From Octopus sinensis (taxonomy: Eukaryota): DNA of 64,000 bases. A model generated the notes under the pieces. The model saw only the letters and a program-made list of their open reading frames with translations, was not told the DNA's origin and made no database searches. This document shows positions 12,790 to 24,945 of the stretch, piece by piece (the stretch's first letter is position 1; every line of letters begins with the position of its first letter). The stretch is from the NCBI RefSeq assembly GCF_006345805.1, contig NW_021832715.1, forward strand, positions 1 to 64,000. Direction: 5' to 3'. Position numbers and translations under genes: made by a program.

Positions 12790-13427
12790 TAGATTTTGTC
12801 TTTTAGAATTTGCCATGCCCACTTTCCTTGACCCTTTTTATACAAACTAACCTCTGGTTCTGTAATACTAAATTTTTTCATTTTAAAACATTTAAATTGA
12901 ATCCTTCCATCACATTTTTATGTAAAAAAAATAAATAAAAATCCAAACAGCTTAATAATGAAAAAAATATCTTATTAAATCTCTGTATTTTTGATTATTT
13001 TCAAACGTATAGCTTTTATTTCATTAGAGACGTAATCAGGAAGAACTTAAACCAATAGTTCACAAATGGCGCACCATGGGGCAGTGGGGGGGGGGTGGTA
13101 TCTCGGTGCACTGCTAATTTTTTTTTAAAGAATACAATTTAAGGCATCAGAAAATCCATTCTAAATGAAGAATGTCTTGCAAAACATGTTATTTGCAATT
13201 ATGTTACACACAAATATAATTAGATGTAACAACAAGATAATAGTTTTTTTATTATATTTAAAATTTTAACTTTTCATTACCATATTTCTGCTGAAATACA
13301 GTGTCTTTGTGTCAATTAATTTTGAGAAATAATGAATTTATTAAAAGTACTTTGTCATTACTAAGCTGCTGCTTTGCAAAATAAACTTAGCAGGAAATTT
13401 TGATGGGCAGTGTAAATATAGATGATG

Positions 13428-13624
13428 TTAACTCTTTTGATCACCAACCTGCTTAAAACTGCCTTTGGTTCTATGAAACAAACTTTTTGTTTAAAGTCAT
13501 CTAAATTGAAGCCTTCAATTAAAATTTCATGTTAATTTGTTATTTTATCAAATTCTTCATTATTTCCAAAATTAATTGAAATAAAGGCAGTGTTTCAGTA
13601 GAAATATGCTAACTAAAGGGTTAA
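13428..13624. mobile_element. TTAA-flanked MITE family A
   Basis: TTAACTCTTTTGATCACC...ACTAAAGGGTTAA; internal similarity to the 29174 and 5944 copies. Confidence 0.7.
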
Positions 13625-13842
13625 AACAGGACAATTGTATTATGGAACCAGCATCAGTATCATATAGGCTGGTATATATCTCTAGGGTCAGATTTTTCAA
13701 TGCGAAGTGCATCAGTAATTCTGATCATAATATTAGTGCGCTTTGAGAAACATCAACTTGTACCTTAGTCTGACATATAGATGGATAATCTATTGATTAA
13801 GTTAATTACTTTATTTCATCAAAGATAGCTAGATATATGCTG

Positions 13843-14198
13843 CAGGTGTGGCTGTGTGGTAAGTAGCTTGCTTACCAGCCACATGGTTCTGGTGTCAGTC
13901 CCACTGTGTGGCACCTTGGGCAAGTGTCTTCTACTATAGCCTTGGGCCGACCAAAGCCTTGTGAGTGGATTTGGTAGACGGAAACTGAAAGAAGCCTGTG
14001 TGTATGTGTGTTTGTGTGTCTGTGTTTGTCCGCCCAACGTCGCTTGACAACTGATGCTGGTGTGTTTACATCCCTGTAACTTAGCAGTCCAGCAAAAGAG
14101 ACCAATAGAATAAGTCCTGGGGTCAGTCGATTTGTTCGACTAAAGGCAGTGCTCCAGCATGGCCGCAGTCAAATGACTGAAACAAGTAAAAGAGTAAA
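13843..14198 (+). mobile_element. SINE family 1
   Basis: Head, short TG tract and AAAGAGT tail are all present. Confidence 0.9.
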
Positions 14199-14870
14199 GT
14201 GTATAAGTCAATCTAAATGATTTGCGTCTGTCTTTTCTGAACTCAAATCACACTTCTGATCACATTAGCACTGAAAAAATTATTTATCATCTTATATATA
14301 TATAACTGGTGATGATGCCATGTAAAAAGTACCCAGTATACTTTGTAAAGTGCTTTGTTTTAGGAAAAACATCCGGCTGTAGAAACCAAGCCAAAACAGT
14401 TTATGGAACCTGGTGTGGCCTCTGGACTTGCTAGCTCCTATCAAGCTATCCAACCCATGCCAGCATGGAAAATAGATGTTAAATGATGATGGTAGATAAT
14501 CATCATTTACCATCCCTTTTTCTATGCTGGCCATCATATATTGTTGATGTCATGAAAATTTATAGACTTCAAGAAAATATAAAGTAATTCTATTTTGAAA
14601 TGGGAAACCTCAATGAAGATGAAGCTATTATTGTAGGTTAGAAAAAAAAAAAACCTTTGGATAGAAAAATAATCAGTTTCTAAAAGGAACTGAGAAATTT
14701 GAAGGATTGCTTTGGTTCAGTAGTAGATTGCTTGTCATGCCTACAGAAAATGTGGGTTCATATCCAATCACCAGCCTTTGAGTTTTCTGAAAGGGTTTTT
14801 AGCCTAATATTTACATGCTATTGTTTATAGCTTTATCTGCTTCAAGATCTACTGTTCCAAAAAGAAATAC

Positions 14871-14916
<46 letters not shown>

Positions 14917-15726
14917 AGTATGTATATAATGTATGTATGATCTTCACTTAAAGACTGTCACACTGTCCAACCTATGCCAGCCTGGAAACCAGAGTCTGAT
15001 GAGGACTGCACCATACATCAGTGTTTACTTTGACATAATCTCTATGGCTGAATGCACTTCCTGAGGCCAGACAATGCAAATTCAGTTATCTGGTCAGGGA
15101 AAAATTACCTGCTCCTTGAATTAGCATGCAAATGACTGAGCATTCTACTGACATATGTCCCTTAACGTAATTCCCAAACAAAATTTGCATGGTATAAATC
15201 TATGACAAGATTATTCATTAGAATTTCAGGCACAATCCATCTGACAGCTTTCTGCTATAGCTTCCATTTATCCAGGTATGGGCAGCCTGAGGCTACAGAA
15301 AATAATGTTTGCCCAAGATGCCAGTAAGGAATTTGGACCTGAGACCTCATGGTTGTGAAGTGAACTTTCAACCATTTGTCCCTACTGTACTTACCTAGCA
15401 ATTTATTTATTTGCCTATCTACTTATCTACCTATTGATCTGCCTATCTATCAATCTGTCTGTCATATCTAGTTGTCCGTAACTTTCAATCATATGTAATA
15501 GTAAAACCATTTATGGGTCACCCTGTACTTGCTTAAATTTACAGTGCTGTCATGGCTGTATGTTCAGTTATTTTACCATTGTGTGGAAGCTGTATGTGTC
15601 AGCTGGATTTGTCTATTTAAAGTTCATTGATTTTAACTTTGGACACAGTGCATATGTGTGGTGGTAACAGAATACAACTGCATGACAAAGTAATTCATTT
15701 CAGCAATTTATATTACATAACAATAC

Positions 15727-15761
15727 CTTTCTTATTGACTCTTGAAGAAACGACTTTGCAC
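15727..15761 (-). CDS. Candidate 35-nt exon (CKVVSSRVNKKG or GAKSFLQESIRK)
   Basis: aaaattctccacAG acceptor, AAG|GTATTG donor. Confidence 0.3.
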
Positions 15762-15789
15762 CTGTGGAGAATTTTTATTTTATTTAATA

Positions 15790-16170
15790 CTAGCAGTATT
15801 GCCTGGCATTGCTCGGGTTTGTTTTGACCCTTTAGAATTGGAATTTTTGAAAAAAATTGCATTATGTAGCTTGTTATTCTCTTTAAGTGAACTTTTTTCT
15901 GGTTGAAATACACTGTAAAATGGCAACACAGCAGTAAGAAAATTGTAAAAAATAGGAATTTTCACAGAAAAAAAGCACCTTTTTGATGTAAATAATTTTT
16001 GGTCTTAACATAGTCCGATTTTAATTTTATCTTCTAAGGAATGAAGAGCAAGCCTTCTATCATACTCTCAATTTTGGTCAACTTACATCACAGGGTCTCG
16101 GAGGAGATAGTGTTAGTTGAAGGCTACCAAACCTGCCATACACAGACAACTTCAGCTTTATATATATAGA
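15790..16170 (-). mobile_element. Non-autonomous Helitron-like element
   Basis: On the minus strand: 5' TC(TA)n, 3' CCCGAGCAATGCCAGG imperfect hairpin followed by CTAG; inserted between A and T; no TIR or TSD. Confidence 0.75.
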
Positions 16171-16700
16171 TTGTGTTTTCGTCCCATTTTTCCATTGCAT
16201 TCACGCAAGCACGTGCTCAGTCACACGTAGAATCCAACATATTGCGGGAACACAACTCAAGGCAATAGTGTATGACATCTACTCACTCGCAGAAAATGCA
16301 TTGTTTCGGGCCTTTGTTTGAAATGAGACGAGTGGGGATAGTAGACCTGAGTAGAGTTGGCTTGGCATCAGCTAGCTCAGTGTTGAGTAGTTTGGTGGTG
16401 TTGGTCATATTAGTAGTAGTCGCAGAGATTATATCTTGAGACAGCAGTATATATATGTATGGTTGTGTAGATGACATCTCTGGATAATTTCTCTTTGTTC
16501 TTATGCTGTGTTGAATTTATTTCTTGTGGATAACATTGAGGAGTTCAAATATTTGATAAATCCAATAGCCATGTTAAAGACAATGTTTATTTGTCGCTTT
16601 ATTCATGTCAAAAGTTAACACTACATCTGCCAAAGATCGGATTAACCCCTTTGTCACTATATTTGCATATGGATGAGGTTATCATTTTTATGTATGTATG

Positions 16701-16737
<37 letters not shown>

Positions 16738-17612
16738 TTGTGTCCTGATATTGTTTATGTATTTAGCATTAAGACAATATCATTGCTTAGGCAATGGTGT
16801 CTCTCTTCATTCCTGCTGTAAAAATATGTATGAATATTGAGTAGTTCTTAGAAAACCACCTCAACAAGCCTTATCCAACCCATACTGTTAAAGAAAAACG
16901 TGGACATTAAATGAAGCTGACTCCATTTCCATTTTTAATTGAATCTTCAATCTAGTGAATCCACTTTCAATTTTCTGTCAATTTATTTATCTATTCAATT
17001 AATTTATTCATCTACTTAGCTTATTATTTATTTGTTTTTGTACATTCAAAGTTGTTGCTCCCTTCTATCTTGAGCAGATTTAAATATTGATTGAGTTTAT
17101 GTCTTCACAATACGGATAAAGTCTTGATTTAAAGTTTTCTTGCTCGACACATTGTCTTTGTGATCGCTTTATATGGCAGAGTGAATGTCAAAAGCTACGA
17201 TGAGCTGCTAAGATGACATTTTTCATATATGAGTGTTCCAGCACTCTAGATAAGAAAAACCTGATGAAATAATAATTCTTCCATTCTCATATTGTCTTTG
17301 GGACAGCTATTCAATCAAATGCAAGAGAATTCTTTGTAAATCTTCTAAGATTAAGATGGATATAATTCTATCTCAGTCTTAATGCTGAGTTTGATTTAAA
17401 AAGAAATTCAATTTGTTTTATATCTTTTGCTATTGTTTATGTTTCTTTGTTTTTCGTTATTTTTAATTTTTGTTCTTGTTTGTCTTTTGCAGTGTGTAGT
17501 AAAAAAAAAAAAAAAACCTGGGTTGATTGTGTATCTCTAAATTCTAATTGTTTGAACAAATTGGTTTACACTACTGCCATTCTTTTCTATTCTGTATCCT
17601 TCATCAAGGCAC

Positions 17613-17707
17613 CTAAATCTGTTTCTTCAAGCTTGCCTGATACCACACAAAATCGAATTCCACTCCTATTTAATGGTTGATTGATTAGCAATGAGAAGGG
17701 GCATTCA
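17613..17707 (-). CDS. Candidate exon ECPFSLLINQPLNRSGIRFCVVSGKLEETDL
   Basis: Strong acceptor tttttttcttacAG; only the phase-2 frame is open (40 codons to the next stop); the donor GTGCCT is weak. Confidence 0.2.
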
Positions 17708-17984
17708 CTGTAAGAAAAAAATCCCCAAACACACACACACACACACTGAGCCAAGAGATTCTCTGTGTTGTTGCTTAAGCTGCTGAAAGTATCAACCTAG
17801 TATGTCTCAAACAGTGGTGTTAAATAGGTTGTAGTTTTCCCACTTCCTTAAACATGACACTGCTTTGACCACAATTAACACTAATATATAAGGTGGTCAC
17901 TCTATGCCACTGGCATCACATCTCACTCCTCTCTACTGTTTTAGATTTGGAATACATCTTGTACAGTAATGTAGTTCTGCCTAT

Positions 17985-18155
17985 CGGTATTTCGTCTGCT
18001 GCTACATTCTGAGTTCAAATTCTGCCGAGGTCAACTTTGCCTTTCATCCTTTTAGGGTCGATTAAATAAGCACCAGTTATGCAGTGGGAGTCTATGTAAT
18101 AGACTTAGTCCCTTTGTTTGTCCCCTCTATGTTTAGCCCCTTGTGGGCAATAAAG
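17985..18155 (+). mobile_element. SINE family 3, 5'-truncated
   Basis: CATTCTGAGTTCAAATTCTGCCGAGGTCAACTTTGCCTTTCATCC; matches 43492-43723. Confidence 0.8.
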
Positions 18156-18164
18156 AATTTTAAA

Positions 18165-18480
18165 AATGTAGTTCTCAACAGTGTGCATAACTCTGGGATC
18201 AAGGAGTCACTCCAAGTTGAGCTGCTACTTCTTTGCAATGAGAGCTCATATCTCAAATATTACAGACATGTGACTAGAATATTGTAGGAAAGAATTGCAA
18301 GACAGATTCTTCAAGCTGAGTCAATTGGTATACCAAGATTGAGATGGTTGGTAAAGTGTAATGATGGTTGCTTCTGATAGGACCCTATGAAAGAAGTGCC
18401 CAAGGACTCTGCTGTTACAACCCCTCCCAGGAATAGTGGATGGAGAACATAGATGACTGGATGGCTATGGCCAGGCTGGG
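18165..18480 (+). pseudogene. Decayed LINE reverse-transcriptase C-terminal fragment (RTE-like)
   Basis: GIKESLQVELLLLCNESSYLKYYRHVTRI resembles the IREELGVEPLLLRIERSQLRWFGHVLRM motif found after RT domains of non-LTR elements. Confidence 0.55.
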
Positions 18481-18823
18481 TTCACTTATAGGTCTGTTCA
18501 GTCAAGGTTAAAATGAGGTTAATTAACACCAAAAAATAATTGGCCAAACAAATTAACCATTTTACTTTTTGAAGCATGGAAAAAATTACAGCAAAATATT
18601 TTTGGCTTGTTTGGAGTGTCCGCTTTTATCTTTTACATGTTTCAATCATTGGACTGTGGCCATGTTGGGGCACCACCTTGAAGGCTTTAGCCAAACAAAT
18701 TAGCATTATTTTAAAGCTTGGCACTTATTCTGGTGGTCCCTTTTGTCAAATCACTGTTTTGGGAATGCAAATGAGACACCAATTATTGAGCAATGATGGG
18801 GAAACACACGCACACACACACAC

Positions 18824-18861
<38 letters not shown>

Positions 18862-18989
18862 CAGGCTCCCAAATTCACTTGCAAAACATTGGTTGACCCA
18901 GGGCTATAGTAGAAAACACTTACCCAAGGTGCTGTGCAGTAGTTCTAACCCTAAAACCGTGACTGGAAAGAAAGCTTCTCAACCACATA

Positions 18990-19193
18990 GCCATAACTGT
19001 GCCATGTGTATGTATATATATGTATTCATATGTACATATATGTATACATGTGTGTATGTGTGTATATATATATATTTAATATATATGTGTGTGTATGTAT
19101 ATGTATGTATATATATATAAATATATGTGTGTGTATGTATATGTATGTATATATATATAAATATATGTGTGTGTGTATACATATGTATATATA

Positions 19194-19235
<42 letters not shown>
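18990..19235. repeat. (TA)/(TG) compound microsatellite
   Basis: Directly visible. Confidence 0.95.
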
Positions 19236-20012
19236 TCACATATGATAGGCTTCATACAGTATCCATCACACACAGACTGTAGTATAAGATGAGTGCTCAA
19301 GGTGGGATTGAAACCAAAATGGTTTGCTTGCAAAGCAAACTCATCACTCACACAGCCATTCCTGTTCTGTGAAGATAAAAATTTTATTTTCGCAGTGTCT
19401 AGTAAAATGTAATGTTCATGAATGCTAGACATTATGGCTATGGTATAACATGTATATCACGACATTTGTTGGAAGCAAGAGCAAAGAATATTTCTTGCAA
19501 GAAATATCATATTGGAATATATAAATATTTTATATTTAATATCGATTCGTGAACATTACTCTGGCAACTCACAAATTACGTAACAATATTTGTGTGAATC
19601 TGTTCATCTTCAGATTGTTAAAGGGTTCAGCGTTCTCATTCATATCAGTTAGTAATTTTTTTATATAATTCTCAGAAAATTCTTTTTTTTTTTTTTTACA
19701 AAAAAAAAAAATTTTAAACATTCAAAAGAAGCTCATGGAAAGTTATTGATTTGTCAAAATGGGTCGCGTTGATAAAATGCTGGGAATCCATGCAGCACAT
19801 GGAACACAGTAAGATCAATAGAAGCTGATAGGTTTTCATCATTTCATCACCTTGAAAACTACTTGGTTAGCATCAGCTAAAAAGAACTGTACTTATAGAA
19901 CTGTTCTTTAAAAATTACATTTATTTTAGTAATTCTCTCTATTTATAGAACTGTATCCGTTTATTTAGAGAACTAATTTGAGAAATGCATAGGCGTGTGT
20001 GTGTGTGTGTAT

Positions 20013-20050
<38 letters not shown>

Positions 20051-20224
20051 TTATAGAACTGTATCTATTATTTGGAAATATATTTATAAATCTGTCTCTC
20101 TGTATTATATGACAATAGGTTTTTCTGTTTATTTATAGAACTATTTTAATTCACATTTTGCTTGCTTTTGTTTATCTAGACTAAAGCACGTATTTACTGT
20201 TCAATCGTAGTTTAATCATCTCTA

Positions 20225-20400
20225 TAGGGGAAACAAAATTAGTTGTTGAGACTGAAGATCATAACAAAAGCTAGCAGTAGATTCTTTATAAATGGTCTTA
20301 AAAAATTAGTTGGAAGATTACGATTTCAGTATCAGAAGAAGGAGAAAAAGTTTTGCAATCAGATAATTCCCATTTCATTGAAAGTCAATATCAAAACTAT
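20225..20400 (+). pseudogene. Possible mariner transposase C-terminal relic
   Basis: SRFFINGLKKLVGRL resembles the mariner C-terminal FFxxGIxKLVxRW motif; heavily decayed. Confidence 0.35.
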
Positions 20401-20631
20401 TTCATACATATATATTCATGCCCGACATTTAAAATTATTAAATATTTTTACTGTAAACAACAGGAAATAGCAGGTGTTAAACATAGGATTTGGATATATT
20501 TTATACAAAATTATTGTGAATTGGGCTGTGTTATGTTACTAAAGAACCAAGCAGAGATAGTGTAACAAGGAAGTGTCTATGTCATGACAGGTCTTTTTGT
20601 TTGTTGTGCCAATTTATTGGAAATATCCTTG

Positions 20632-20910
20632 CCTTCATACCTACCTATCTATCTGTCTATCTATTTACCTACCTATCTATCTATTTACCTACCTATCTAT
20701 CTATTTACCTACCTATCTATCTGTTTACCTACTTACCTATCTATCTGTTTACCTACTTACCTATCTATCTATTTACCTACTTACCTATCTATCTATTTAC
20801 CTACCTACCTATCTATCTGTTTACCTACCTACCTACCTATCTATCTATTTACTCACCTACCTACCTACCTGCCTATCTATCTATCTATTTACCTGCCTAC
20901 CTCCCTCTCT
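20632..20910. repeat. (ACCT/ATCT)n tetranucleotide compound microsatellite
   Basis: Directly visible; source of the YLPT/YLSI-repeat ORFs. Confidence 0.95.
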
Positions 20911-21575
20911 ACTTCTCTAATACAAAACATATATGGCAAAATACTGAGACACATCCATCCCATACCAGCATGGAATGTTTCCCATGTAATACAGCAAAGT
21001 ATCTCAGATTTTTTTTTTGATCTTACAAGAGAGAGAGAGAGAGAGAGAGAAATCATTGCGTGTGTATAAAAAAAAATGTGTAGCATAGTGAATGTTCATC
21101 TTTGATTGAATAAATAAATGCTGCTCCAGGTATTGAGTAGCTTTTACTCATTCAATGCTTGTTTATCCGAATGTGTGTAGTGGCAGCTGAACTGAATCAT
21201 AAATTAAAACACAGTATGATGACTGCTATTGATAAGGAGGAATGGTATGGAACCCCTTTAGCAGGTAGACTGACACTACCGATTCACCTCTTCATTCTCA
21301 CTCTGTTAATTATAATTAATTCTATGTTGAGAATCAAGGTGGAAAGAGGTTGTGAAGTTAAATCATGGAAATTGAATTAAAAGCTTTTAATTTTTAAATA
21401 TAAATTTTAAAATTAGCTTTCTTTTATATTTAGTGTTGTTGTTGTTGTTGTTCTCCTATTTATTTCTTCCAATTTTTTCACACGAGGGCTTTTACCCCCC
21501 ACCCCTTAACCATTGTTAACTCTCTTTCACTGCAAAATTGAACTTATTTACTCTAGTAATGATGTTAAATAAGTA

Positions 21576-21610
<35 letters not shown>

Positions 21611-21616
<6 letters not shown>

Positions 21617-21857
21617 GAGTGAAAAATTTCATTGCTAATATAAGGGTAATAATTATTAATTTTAAAAATTAATAATTATTATCAAGTAGTTTCGGTATGA
21701 AAGGAGCCATTTATCAGTAGGAACTTTTACAAAAAAGAGTTTTTATATATATATATAACCACATACCAAAAATTTAGAAATAGTAAATAAGAATAAGTGG
21801 TCTTTGGCTGCTATTTCTAATATTCGGTATGTGGTTAAGCAACTTGTTGCTTAACCC

Positions 21858-21900
<43 letters not shown>

Positions 21901-22156
21901 TATATATAAGGGAGTGAAAAATTTCATTGCTAATATAAGGGTAATAATTATTAATTTTAAAAATTAATAATTATTATCAAGTAGTTTCGGTATGGAAAGG
22001 GAGCCATTTATCAGTAGGAACTTTTACAAAAAAGAGTTTTTATATATATATATATAACCACATACCAAAAATTAGAAATAGTAAATAAGAATAAGTGGTC
22101 TTTGGCTGCTATTTCTAAATATTCGGTATGTGGTTAAGCAACTTGTTGCTTAACCC

Positions 22157-22160
<4 letters not shown>
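21611..22160. repeat. Tandem duplication of a unit of about 250 bp (21611-21861 and 21906-22160) bounded by (TA)n
   Basis: The copies differ only by single-base homopolymer indels. Confidence 0.9.
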
Positions 22161-22208
<48 letters not shown>

Positions 22209-22447
22209 ATTGGTATAATCATTTTGCCTCAGTAAACTTGACATATCTCGACAGAAAATAGTTTCAAACATAATATTCCTCAACAAAAGAAAGAAAAGCT
22301 GTTGGAAAACCAAATAGTTTCTGTATAGTAGGATTGAACCTGAGATCAGGAAACTGCAAAGTTTACTTAATTATGCAGCTATACCTGCATAATTTTAGCT
22401 TAGTGTCTAGTAGGAAACTGTTATGGTATTCTAGGCCCGGGTCAATC

Positions 22448-22663
22448 TTAACCCTTTTACATTCAGATTACTGTGTCAAATGTAATGTTTATTTATTTGT
22501 AATGTTTTGAATTTATTATGTACTAATCTCATTGCTTTAAGATTTCAATAGTTTTAGACTGGCATTGTAGGGTAGGTGTGAGAGGTAGGATCTGGGTGGT
22601 TAGAACATAAAACAAGTAGAATATTTGGGCCGGATGTGGCTAGTATAAATGTTAAAGAGTTAA
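22448..22663. mobile_element. TTAA-flanked MITE family B
   Basis: TTAACCCTTTTACATTCAG...AAATGTTAAAGAGTTAA. Confidence 0.8.
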
Positions 22664-23257
22664 ACAAGCAAACCTAATATCTAAAACATTCCAACTACAG
22701 CCACCCTATCTTGTTTCATATACAATAACATGACATTTATCCAATGTTTTCTCTTTTTACTCTTTAAGTAGTAGGATTTCTTTTTTTTAATTTCAAATAT
22801 GTTATTTGAGAAAGATTTGGTTGCTATTTCTAGCTATTAGATTGACTTGTTTTCAATAAATGACATTCCTTGTCCTCTTAAATGTTTCAATTAATTTTGA
22901 AAATAATGTAATTCTGTAAATTTAATTTTGTCATTTATTATTTAATCTTTTTGTTGCTACATTTCTGTTGAAGTACACTGCTTTTCTTTTAATTAATTTT
23001 GGAAATGAAGAATTTCATAAATATAACTATAACTTAAATTAAAATTTACGCTTAAAAAAAAAAAGGCAAAAAATATTTGAAGCATAAATTAACATAAAAT
23101 TTTAATGGAGAGTTCAGTTTAGATCATTTTAAATAGAAAATTTACAACATAGAGTTACTAATAGTCTCTGGTGGGTTGGTATCCAGAAAATTGAACTGAT
23201 GTTTGGAACATATCTTAATGCAAAGTTTTACATAAAATTACAATGGTAACTTTTAAA

Positions 23258-23549
23258 ATATGTTCTGTTGTGTCTGGAGAGAGTCATTTTCTTTTTGTGC
23301 CTTATTATGTAACACACTCACCGATAAAATTTCCACTTTTTCTTTCTTATCTTTATTGTCCTAAAATTTTCGTTGTGTCTTGCAACCTTTCCGATACTTT
23401 CAAGAGTCAAAAGTATTGAAAAGGTTGCAAGACGCACCAAAAATTTTAGGACAATAAAAATAAGAAAAAAAGTGGAAATTTTACCGGTGAGTGTGTTACA
23501 TAATAAGGCACAAAAAGAAAATGACTCTCCCCAGACACAACAGAATATG
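23258..23549. mobile_element. Foldback (palindromic) element with arms of about 140 bp
   Basis: The left arm is the reverse complement of the right arm with scattered substitutions; loop of about 9 nt at 23401-23409. Confidence 0.85.
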
Positions 23550-24292
23550 CTTCAACACACGAACTCGTATAAAGAATCTTGCAAACCAAATCCCAAAACG
23601 AAATATTTTAAAATATGAACATCTTAAACTGAGAGGTTATTTATACATTACATGTTTAACTCTTATGTTATTGTATTTTTATTGAAATACACTGCCTTTT
23701 GTTGGAATTAATTTTGAAAATAACAAAGAATTTACTAAAATAACTTTTGTCATTATAATGAAGTTTAGATGAAAGGTTTGACTTTAAAGTGATAGCATGT
23801 TGTCAACTTAATATGTCAGTCCCATGAGAGGAAGAGTCTCTGGATGCTGGCTTTGCTGGGTGGACGTGCTTGTCTCCACTTTGAAAACATAAGGACACAG
23901 GAAATGTGTCAAGTCCAACAGGAAACAGTGTTTCCTAGGGCTAAATAACAGTAGCATTCTTCCCTTTTATGGGACTGTCACATTAAGTTGACAACATACT
24001 ATCACTTTATCGTGCTGCTACTGCATAAATCTCTGAAATTTAGAAACGTATTATTTCTAGGTTTGACTTTGATTTAGATCACTTGAAACTGAGAAGTTTG
24101 TATCATAGAACTAGGGATGGTCTCAGACAGGTTCATATAAAAAAGCGGGTAGCCAAGGGTATTGTTTCTGGTATTATTAGAACCCAAGGCTGGTGGTGGT
24201 AGGGAATATAGGATTTGATGTCCAGTGTTATTTTTTGTAAATAAAAATGACAAAAATCCATATTTTCCTTCAATTTCCTTGTTATCTATATC

Positions 24293-24600
24293 ATCATCAT
24301 TTAATGTTTTCTTTCTATGCTGGCATGGGTTGGACGGTTTGACTGAGGACTGGCAAGCCAGTAGGCTGCACCAGGCTCCAATCTGATCAAGCAAGGTTTC
24401 TACAGCTGGATGCCCTTCCTAACGCCAACCACTCCGAGAGTGTAGTGGGTGCTTTTTATGTGCCACCAGCATGGGAGCCTGTCAGGAAGCACTGGCACCT
24501 ACCACATTTGGATGGTGCATTTTATGTGCCACCGGCACAGAAGCCAGTCAGGTGACACTGTCCACAGCTACAATTTCGATTTTACTTGACTGAACAGGTC
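24293..24600 (-). mobile_element. SINE family 2, longer copy
   Basis: Matches 51530-51915 in reverse. Confidence 0.8.
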
Positions 24601-24945
24601 TTAAGTAAAATATAATCTAGCTATTGATATCTTTTGAAGTTACACAGACATTTAATGGTTCTCACCACAAGTTGTGATATCAGTACCACACCACCTCAGC
24701 TAGCATACATATTAGTATGTCCAACAATGATTGCACAAAGAAACATAAGATCATTCTTATAATTTTGACCTTGTTTGATGTTATGCTATCGGTGAAACTA
24801 AAGTATTTAGTTACAATTCTGTCCAATTTTTTTCTCTTTATTCATCACTCACCATTGGTCACTAAGCTTCAATGAGAATACAAATAAGTGGTGTAAACTT
24901 GAATGAGTATGGTACATAACAATAACTTGGTGATACAGTTCTATA

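Noticed and set aside
14200-14285. Strong minus-strand acceptor (ataattttttcAG at 14271-14272)
   Set aside because: All three frames hit a stop within ten codons and no good donor follows.
14990-15030. CTGATGA motif (also at 17261 and on the minus strand near 54320)
   Set aside because: No stem II followed by GAAA, so not a hammerhead.
20584-21069. YLPT/YLSI repeat ORFs
   Set aside because: Tetranucleotide microsatellite.
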